Source: a virus (Duplodnaviria; Caudoviricetes). From it: a stretch of DNA of 25,933 bases. Each line of letters opens with the position of its first letter. The stretch's first letter is position 1. The DNA lies in IMG/VR virus record IMGVR_UViG_3300012667_000065, positions 1-25,933 of that record. One strand, 5' to 3'. Made by a program: the position numbers and the translations under genes. The notes under the pieces are model-generated. The model had not been told where the DNA came from, made no database searches, and saw only the letters and a list, made by a program, of their open reading frames with translations. This document shows, in pieces, positions 19,634-25,933 of the stretch.

Positions 19634-20206
19634 ATGACATCTATCGCCCCAAAGAAGGCAACCAACCACTACGTAAACAATCAAGACTTCTTGGCTGCTC
19701 TGACTGAGCACCGAGCCGCTGTCTTGGCTGCAGAGCAAGCTGGTGAAGAGAAGCCGAGGATCTCCAACTACATTGGTGATTGCTTACTCAAGATTGCCAC
19801 CCACCTATCATACAAGTCCAACTTCATCAACTACTCTTACCGTGAAGAGATGATCTCCGATGGTGTTGAGAACTGTATTCAATATCTCCACAACTTTGAC
19901 CCTGCCAAGTCAAGCAACCCGTTTGCTTACTTTACTCAAATCATCTACTACGCATTCCTCCGTCGTATCATGAAAGAGAAGAACCAGCAGCAAGTCAAGA
20001 ACAAGTTGATTCGCGAGATGCCCTTTGAAGCCTTTGAACTACAAGACCATGATGAGACTGGTGAATTCACCAACGCTTATCTTGACTACTTGCAGCACGC
20101 AAACAACGATGATTATGTACCTAAGAAACCTACGCCCAAGAAGAAGCTGAGTCCTCTTGAAGCGTTCTTAGATGAAAGTGATGAAACCGATGGCGAGCAG
20201 TGTTGA
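19634..20206 (+). CDS. g55: Late-transcription sigma factor gp55
   Basis: HYVNNQDFLAAL, YIGDCLLKIATHLS, EEMISDGVENC and NPFAYFTQIIYYAFLRRI. Confidence 0.95.
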   Translation: MTSIAPKKATNHYVNNQDFLAALTEHRAAVLAAEQAGEEKPRISNYIGDCLLKIATHLSYKSNFINYSYREEMISDGVENCIQYLHNFDPAKSSNPFAYFTQIIYYAFLRRIMKEKNQQQVKNKLIREMPFEAFELQDHDETGEFTNAYLDYLQHANNDDYVPKKPTPKKKLSPLEAFLDESDETDGEQC

Positions 20207-21392
20207 ATCTATAATGAGAAGTTTGGGTATGTCTACTAGACCAGTGGCATACGCAAGAAGAGTTCGCAATGGTGACCGCATCCGAAGAAACGCTCGTCCT
20301 TCGCGTAGAACTCTCAAGAAGTGGGCGATGGACCCGCAAGAAGTACCAATTGAATTATTAGAAAGTGAAGATATGAGTGATGGTAAGATTTTCCTTGGCG
20401 TGACAGACTTCGATGACCTGCAAACATGTCAAGTGTTGAAGCGTCGCACTGAAGCTGGCAAGCAAACTCTCCACCGTGAGACCACTGTTCTTGCGAACCG
20501 TTCGACATGGGCAGACTGGGCTGAAGACTTCTTCGTACCAAGCGTGTACTTGATCACCCAAGCCAGCGCATCTAGCGGATTCATCGTGAACCGTGAGACA
20601 GATAACTACTTGACCTACAGCGTCAACAGCAACTCAACTACAGTTCGTGCCTTCGGTGATGAAGACTTCACCAGCGCAGTCATTGCTTCTGTTGAGATGC
20701 AGTTCAACGTTGTGACTTCATATGTTGAGTGGATCTACTCTAGCGATGGCAACTCAGTGAACGTTCCTTTGAACCGCGACCGTCTTCCTTGCGAAGAAAT
20801 GTACCCGTTCCTCAACGGCGAAAGCCTTGCCAGCTACTATGATCGCTACTTGGATTCAAACGCAAACATCTTGCTTTTGATTGGACCTCCAGGCACTGGT
20901 AAGACCACATTCATCCGTGGGCTCTTGGCTCACCGCAACTCTTCAGCCATCGTGACCTACGATGCAGGTATCCTTGAGAAGGATGGTTTCTTCGCTCGCT
21001 TCATTGAAGACGAGACTGGCGTGATGGTTCTTGAAGACTCTGACGCATTCTTGAAGTCACGTAGCGATGGTAACACAATGATGCACCGCTTCTTGAACGT
21101 GGGCGATGGTTTGGTAACTACCAAGGGTAAGAAGATGGTGTTCTCAACCAACTTGCCAAGCATCCGTGATATCGACAGCGCATTGGTTCGTCCAGGTCGT
21201 TGCTTCGACATCGTGACCTTTGACCAACTGACACTTGAAGAAGCGCAAGCCCTTGCCGATAAGCTCGGTGTTCCTCTGCCTGTGAAGCCACGTGGCAAAG
21301 AAACTGAGAAGTACTCTATCGCTGAAGTGTTCCACGCTCAATCTGATAACAGCGTGAAGTCATCTAACACCCGAAAGGTAGGTTTCATTTGA
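20190..21392 (+). CDS. AAA+ ATPase (classical AAA clade-like); start uncertain (20172, 20190 or 20373)
   Basis: Walker A GPPGTGKT, Walker B VMVLEDSD, sensor STN and Arg-finger ALVRPGR; ends KVGFI. Confidence 0.85.
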   Translation: MASSVESIMRSLGMSTRPVAYARRVRNGDRIRRNARPSRRTLKKWAMDPQEVPIELLESEDMSDGKIFLGVTDFDDLQTCQVLKRRTEAGKQTLHRETTVLANRSTWADWAEDFFVPSVYLITQASASSGFIVNRETDNYLTYSVNSNSTTVRAFGDEDFTSAVIASVEMQFNVVTSYVEWIYSSDGNSVNVPLNRDRLPCEEMYPFLNGESLASYYDRYLDSNANILLLIGPPGTGKTTFIRGLLAHRNSSAIVTYDAGILEKDGFFARFIEDETGVMVLEDSDAFLKSRSDGNTMMHRFLNVGDGLVTTKGKKMVFSTNLPSIRDIDSALVRPGRCFDIVTFDQLTLEEAQALADKLGVPLPVKPRGKETEKYSIAEVFHAQSDNSVKSSNTRKVGFI

Positions 21393-22468
21393 AGGTAGCC
21401 GTAATTACTGACCAGCACTTCGGTGCTCGCAATGACAGTCAAGTGTTCCTTGACTTCTTTGAGAAGTTCTACGACAACGTGTTCTTCCCTCGTCTTGACG
21501 ATGAGGGTATCAAGACCGTGTTGATTCTCGGCGACACGTTCGATCGCCGCAAGTATGTAAACTTCTACGCTCTTCAACGTGCCAAGGAAATGTTCTTTGA
21601 CAAATTGAAAGAGCGTAACATCACAGTGCATATGCTTGCTGGCAACCATGACACCTACTACAAGAACACGAACGAAGTGAACTCACCGAATTTGCTTCTT
21701 CAAGAATACAGCAACATCAACGTGATTGATGAACCACAGACCATTGAGGTTGATGGTGTTCCAATCTGTATGATGCCATGGATTTGTCCCGATAACTACC
21801 AACAGTCAATCGACATGTTGACCAGCACCCCTGCTGAACTTTGCATGGGGCATTTTGAAATCGCAGGCTTTGCGATGTACCGTGGAATGGAGAGCCATGA
21901 AGGTTTCGACAGAAAACTATTTGAGAAATTTGACCTCGTTTTCTCTGGGCATTATCATCACCGTTCTAGCAACGGCAACATCCACTACCTCGGAAACCCC
22001 TACGAGCTCACTTGGCAAGACTATAATGATCCCCGAGGATTTCACCTGTTTGACTTATCAAATCGTGAACTCGAATTCGTACGAAATGGCTATTCTCTGT
22101 TTGCCAGAATTGAATACGACGACACCGCAGAGTGCACCGTCCGAGTCGATAACATCGAAGTATCCGACCTGAACGCAGTTGACCTCACCAACTGTTTCGT
22201 CAAGGTAGTAGTTGTTAACAAGACGGACTATTATAAATTTGACCAATTTGTTCAAACCCTGTATAATAAGGGTTGTCATGAGATTAAGATCGTAGAAGAT
22301 ATGAGTGGTCTTGAGAACGGCGAACTATCTGCCGAAATCAAACTAGAGAACACAGTTGAAGTTCTTACCCACTACATTGATTCGTTGACCACTGACCATG
22401 ACAAAGAACAGGTCAAGAACTATATGAAGACCTTGTATACTGAAGCAATCAACATCGAGGTAGTATGA
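21389..22468 (+). CDS. g47: Recombination endonuclease subunit gp47 (Mre11/SbcD-like)
   Basis: Metallophosphoesterase motifs DQHFG, GDTFD, GNHD and SGHYH; TTG start overlapping the upstream stop. Confidence 0.95.
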   Translation: MKVAVITDQHFGARNDSQVFLDFFEKFYDNVFFPRLDDEGIKTVLILGDTFDRRKYVNFYALQRAKEMFFDKLKERNITVHMLAGNHDTYYKNTNEVNSPNLLLQEYSNINVIDEPQTIEVDGVPICMMPWICPDNYQQSIDMLTSTPAELCMGHFEIAGFAMYRGMESHEGFDRKLFEKFDLVFSGHYHHRSSNGNIHYLGNPYELTWQDYNDPRGFHLFDLSNRELEFVRNGYSLFARIEYDDTAECTVRVDNIEVSDLNAVDLTNCFVKVVVVNKTDYYKFDQFVQTLYNKGCHEIKIVEDMSGLENGELSAEIKLENTVEVLTHYIDSLTTDHDKEQVKNYMKTLYTEAINIEVV

Positions 22469-24198
22469 TCAATTTTAAGAAGATTACATGGAAGAACTTC
22501 TTATCGACAGGCAACTCACCTAACACTGTTCTTCTGAACAAGTCGACCACCACTCTTATCATCGGCAAGAACGGCGAAGGTAAGAGCACCATTCTGGATG
22601 CGTTGACCTTTGCTCTGTTTGGTAAGCCATTCCGTAACATCAACAAACCACAGCTGGTCAACAGCATCAACCAAAAGAACTGTTCCGTTGAGGTTGAGTT
22701 CTCAATTGGTTTGAAAGAATACAAGATCGTTCGTGCCATCAAGCCAAACGCTTTTCAAATCTGGTGCGATAACGAACTGTTGAACCAAGACGCTGCATCT
22801 AAGGACTACCAAAAGGTTCTTGAGCAACAAATTCTGAAGCTGAACTACAAGACATTCACTCAGGTGGTTGTGTTGGGTTCGGCATCGTTTGTTCCTTTCA
22901 TGCAGTTGCCTTCTCATCAACGTCGAGAAGTTATCGAAGATATTCTCGATATCAAAATCTTCAGTACCATGAACCAGTTACTGAAGGAAAAGATTCAAGG
23001 AACGAAAGATGAAATCGTCAGAACGGAGCAGTCTATATCTCTTGCAAAGCAGAGGGTGGAAGCACAAAAACAAATCATTGAGACGCTATCACAAGCAAAA
23101 TCGGCAAGCCTTGATTCACTGGCAGCAAAGATTGCAGCAAATGATACTTCAATTCGAAGCACGAACGTTCTCGTGGAATCTCTATCGGCTGAGATCGCTG
23201 CTCTTACAGAACAAGTTGAAGCGAAGGATGGTGTCGCTGACGACGTTGAAAAAGCGCGAAGCCTCAAGACAAGACTCATCACAAAGACAGAACACTGTCA
23301 GCACCACACGGAGTTCTTCTCGGAGAACGATGTATGTCCATCGTGTTCTCAGGATATTTCCAACGAATATAAAGAACAAGTTCTCAAAGACCTCAACGCG
23401 AAGATCGCGGACAACGATAATAAGACTAAAGAACTTGACGTGGTTCTGACCCGCTTGAACACTCGCTTGACAGAGCTCAACGAAATTCAAAAGCAAATCA
23501 CAGACAAGAACATCAACCTGTCTACATACAACACACAAATCTCAATGCTCAACAAGTTGAACACTGAGTTGGCTGCTGAGATGCGTCAGTCTCATGAAGA
23601 CACAAGCAACGTTGATGAAGAGAAGGCAAAGATGAAAGCTCTTGCCAAAGATGCTCTTGAGAAGATTCAAGAGAAGACATCGCTTCAAGAGAGACGTGCC
23701 CTTGAAGAAGTGGCATCTGCTCTACTGAAAGACACTGGTATCAAGACAGCCATCATCCGTGAATATCTACCAGCCATGAACCAGTTGATCAACAAGTTCT
23801 TGGTAGCCATGGACACCTTCATCCACTTTGAGTTGGACGAATCGTTCAACGAAGTTATCAAGTCACGTCACCGTGATGACTTCACATACGCTTCGTTCTC
23901 GGAAGGTGAGAAGCAGAAAATTGACTTGGCGTTGTTGTTTGCTTGGAGACAGATCGCGAAGATGAAGAACAGCGTCAACACCAACCTGTTGATTATGGAT
24001 GAAGTGTTCGATTCAAGTTTAGACACTGCAGGCACTGAGCAACTGACATCGATTCTTGCAGCTGTATCAGAAGATACAAACGTGTTCGTCATCAGCCACC
24101 GTGGTGATCAGCTGTTTGATAAGTTTCGTTCAGTTATCAAGTTCGAAAAGCGTAACGACTTTTCTGTTATTAGTACAGACGGAAACGTGTCTCGCTAA
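22465..24198 (+). CDS. g46: Recombination endonuclease subunit gp46 (Rad50/SbcC-like)
   Basis: Walker A GKNGEGKST, coiled coils with a CPSC zinc hook, signature FSEGEK, Walker B/D-loop IMDEVFDSSLD, and ISH. Confidence 0.96.
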   Translation: MINFKKITWKNFLSTGNSPNTVLLNKSTTTLIIGKNGEGKSTILDALTFALFGKPFRNINKPQLVNSINQKNCSVEVEFSIGLKEYKIVRAIKPNAFQIWCDNELLNQDAASKDYQKVLEQQILKLNYKTFTQVVVLGSASFVPFMQLPSHQRREVIEDILDIKIFSTMNQLLKEKIQGTKDEIVRTEQSISLAKQRVEAQKQIIETLSQAKSASLDSLAAKIAANDTSIRSTNVLVESLSAEIAALTEQVEAKDGVADDVEKARSLKTRLITKTEHCQHHTEFFSENDVCPSCSQDISNEYKEQVLKDLNAKIADNDNKTKELDVVLTRLNTRLTELNEIQKQITDKNINLSTYNTQISMLNKLNTELAAEMRQSHEDTSNVDEEKAKMKALAKDALEKIQEKTSLQERRALEEVASALLKDTGIKTAIIREYLPAMNQLINKFLVAMDTFIHFELDESFNEVIKSRHRDDFTYASFSEGEKQKIDLALLFAWRQIAKMKNSVNTNLLIMDEVFDSSLDTAGTEQLTSILAAVSEDTNVFVISHRGDQLFDKFRSVIKFEKRNDFSVISTDGNVSR

Positions 24199-24606
24199 TC
24201 TGTTACTCGAATACTCTTTTCGGCAACATAAGCAAGAAAACTTTGGGTACTTGATTCCCTTCGCATGAGAATTACCCATCATCTTTGTTTTCATAAACTC
24301 TGCGTGCTCCGGAGATTTTACTCCCAAATTCCATGGTGTCGAACCCTTGCGTTTCTTACTCATGTTCTGTTTGGTTTCTTCGGAGTGTTTCTTACCCCTC
24401 ATACCCTTTGGATGTGCGTCTCCCCATTTGCGACCATACATACCATTGCTTGGTCCTGGTCTTGATTGACTTTCTGGGGATCCGTAGGGAACAGATTCTA
24501 CGGTGTACTCTTCGAACTCCACTTCTACATCCTCTAATGAGAATACTTCTTGGAGCAACTTGTTTCTTTGGGCTTGTTCTTCTACTGAGACTGTATAAAT
24601 AGTCAT
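24130..24606 (-). CDS. NUMOD3-motif / Zn-finger DNA-binding protein (homing-endonuclease-derived, no recognisable nuclease domain)
   Basis: NGMYGRK, GKKHSEETKQNMSKKRKG..PWNLG (NUMOD3-type) and a C-terminal CLCC-x11-H-x3-C. It has an upstream AAAGGA SD and a TATAAATA on the minus strand. Confidence 0.75.
   Translation of the reverse strand: MTIYTVSVEEQAQRNKLLQEVFSLEDVEVEFEEYTVESVPYGSPESQSRPGPSNGMYGRKWGDAHPKGMRGKKHSEETKQNMSKKRKGSTPWNLGVKSPEHAEFMKTKMMGNSHAKGIKYPKFSCLCCRKEYSSNRLARHVSVCTNNRKVVTLFELDN
24594..24601 (+). promoter_or_regulatory. Late promoter TATAAATA (+ strand), embedded in codons 2-5 of the NUMOD3 gene
   Basis: Exact consensus match. Confidence 0.65.
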
Positions 24607-24607
24607 G

Positions 24608-24671
24608 CTGGCATGGTCCTTTCATGTTAGAGTGGGTGGAGACTGCTATCTCGCGACCTACACTTTTATTT
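24608..24671 (+). ncRNA. Candidate small two-hairpin antisense RNA
   Basis: Hairpin 1 is CTGGCATG/CATGTTAG with loop GTCCTTT. Hairpin 2 is GTGGGT..GAGA/TCTC..ACCTAC, followed by TTTTATTT. It starts just after a late promoter. Folded by eye only. Confidence 0.4.
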
Positions 24672-24674
24672 ATA
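24667..24674 (-). promoter_or_regulatory. Late promoter TATAAATA (- strand) for the NUMOD3 gene
   Basis: tatttata on the + strand, 60 bp upstream of the minus-strand ATG at 24606. Confidence 0.7.
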
Positions 24675-24699
24675 ACATCAACAATTTTGAAAGATCATT

Positions 24700-25272
24700 A
24701 TGCATCTAAGACTAATCCCATGGGACAGCAAAGTTCTGAAAGAACCACTCCCAATTTTCAACTTCACCGAACACAACAAAGAAGTTGTCGATAAGTTCGT
24801 TGAGGACATGTTTGCTGCGTGTCAGGCTTACAACGGCTACGGTCTATCAGCCAATCAGGTTGGTGTGAATTATCGCATGTTCGTCATTCGTGTGAAGCAC
24901 GATGGTGATTCTCCTCTGAACTCCATTGACTTCAAGCAAGAATACTTCAACCCAACCATCCTTGAGCGTTCTGCTGAGCTTGAAGAACTGGAAGAAGGTT
25001 GTTTGTCACGTCCAGGTCTCTGGGTCAAGGTTAAGCGTCCCAAGGCAGTGCGAGTTTCGTATTGGACCAAGGATGGCGAAAACAAGATCGAGTTGCTTGA
25101 GGGTATCCTCGGTCGCGCATTCCAACATGAATACGACCACATGGAAGGCTCAGACTTCACCCAAAAGGTTTCGCCCCTGAAGCTCCAACGAGCCGTCAAG
25201 AAGAAGGCAAAGACCCAGAAGAAGCTGGTGAAGTACCTTGCAGACCGAAAACAGGTGCTGATTCCCCAATAA
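24700..25272 (+). CDS. def: Peptide deformylase
   Basis: All three PDF motifs are present: GYGLSANQVG, EGCLS and QHEYDH. Confidence 0.95.
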   Translation: MHLRLIPWDSKVLKEPLPIFNFTEHNKEVVDKFVEDMFAACQAYNGYGLSANQVGVNYRMFVIRVKHDGDSPLNSIDFKQEYFNPTILERSAELEELEEGCLSRPGLWVKVKRPKAVRVSYWTKDGENKIELLEGILGRAFQHEYDHMEGSDFTQKVSPLKLQRAVKKKAKTQKKLVKYLADRKQVLIPQ

Positions 25273-25298
25273 ACTAAACCAAAAGGTTTACTTTTCAG

Positions 25299-25327
25299 AT
25301 ACCCCTACCAACCGTAGGGGTATTTTT
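25299..25327 (+). terminator. Stem-loop after def (terminator or operator palindrome)
   Basis: ATACCCCTAC-caacc-GTAGGGGTAT, a 10-bp perfect stem followed by TTTT. Confidence 0.65.
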
Positions 25328-25335
25328 CATGGGCA

Positions 25336-25364
25336 TTGACGAAATATCAACTTTCAGGCATAAT
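25336..25364 (+). promoter_or_regulatory. sigma70-type early promoter
   Basis: TTGACG (25336-25341), 17-bp spacer, CATAAT (25359-25364), then GAGG SD and ATG 25394. Confidence 0.7.
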
Positions 25365-25393
25365 TCTATTATTGAATCGAAAAAGAGGTTGTT

Positions 25394-25933
25394 ATGAATA
25401 AATTGATGGTTGTGGTTAAGTCTAGTCGTTCTGGGAAATCTGAAATCCGTATCGGCGATAAGTCGTTCTCTACTGCTAAGACTGGTCGCGACCTTGAGAA
25501 AGTGGTTGAGTACCACTACTCTAAAATTTCTGGTGTGAAGATGGCTTATGCTTCTATCATCGGTGAGTCTACCTTGGCTGAACCAAAGTCTGAGAAGTTC
25601 GGTATCAATGCTCGCTTCGGTTTCGTTGAGAAACTTGTGTCTATGGTTGCCTCTGGCGTTCAACCTTCTGCCGTGATCACTGGCGAAGGTGGTCTGGGTA
25701 AAACCTATACCGTGACCAAGACTCTTGAGTCTGCTGGTTACAAAGATATCTCTGACCTCGCTGCCTTTGAAGTCGGTGCCAAGGTCAACATGAGCAAGGC
25801 ATTCACTTTCGTGAAAGGCTACTCAACCCCAAAGGGCTTGTACCGTACTCTGTTTGAGAACAACAAGGGCATCGTTGTGTTTGACGACTGCGACGCTGTT
25901 CTGAAAGACCCAATCTCTTTGAACATCCTGAAG
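25394..25933 (+). CDS. P-loop (AAA-like) ATPase, 3'-truncated by the window edge; not in the supplied ORF track
   Basis: Hand translation gives MNKLMVVVKSSRSGK...SAVITGEGGLGKTYTV...KGYSTPKGLYRTLFEN..GIVVFDDCDAVLKDPISLNILK, with Walker A GEGGLGKT and Walker B VVFDD. The frame is open to the window end. Confidence 0.85.
   Translation, partial: MNKLMVVVKSSRSGKSEIRIGDKSFSTAKTGRDLEKVVEYHYSKISGVKMAYASIIGESTLAEPKSEKFGINARFGFVEKLVSMVASGVQPSAVITGEGGLGKTYTVTKTLESAGYKDISDLAAFEVGAKVNMSKAFTFVKGYSTPKGLYRTLFENNKGIVVFDDCDAVLKDPISLNILK

Noticed and set aside
24392-24625. 77-aa minus-strand ORF and + strand ORFs 24265..24465 and 24333..24602
   Set aside because: They overlap the NUMOD3 gene in other frames and have no recognisable features.
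25295-25663. Minus-strand 122-aa ORF
   Set aside because: It is antisense to the real + strand ATPase gene and runs across its promoter and the upstream hairpin.
1-25933. tRNAs, CRISPR arrays, introns/inteins, stop-codon recoding
   Set aside because: I saw no cloverleaf or spaced repeat array. Core genes (g17, g20, g23, uvsW, g46, g47) are uninterrupted and of normal length under the standard code.

Overview
This window is part of a T4-like myophage genome (dsDNA tailed phage), and nearly all genes lie on the + strand. It starts inside a very large repeat-rich virion structural gene, which is split by a 28-bp tandem duplication. The core morphogenesis block follows: gp13, gp14, gp15, gp17 terminase (no gp16 in between), gp18 sheath, gp19 tube, gp20 portal, two small prohead-core-type genes, gp21 protease, gp22 scaffold and gp23 major capsid, ending in a cUUCGg terminator. 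Next come gp3, uvsY, uvsW, an Sm-like hypothetical, gp55 late sigma factor, an AAA+ ATPase, gp47 and gp46. The window ends with a reverse-strand NUMOD3/Zn-finger gene lacking a nuclease domain, a peptide deformylase, and a truncated P-loop ATPase missing from the ORF track. T4-type late promoters (TATAAATA and variants) and several near-consensus sigma70-type promoters are visible. The most interesting element is the ~80-bp leader of the NUMOD3 gene. Two face-to-face late promoters enclose a two-hairpin RNA that folds better antisense to the gene and displays the complement of its Shine-Dalgarno in a loop, which makes it a candidate cis-antisense control cassette. An orphan antisense sigma70 promoter upstream of g55 is also notable. 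All assignments come from motif recognition and synteny; no searches were run.
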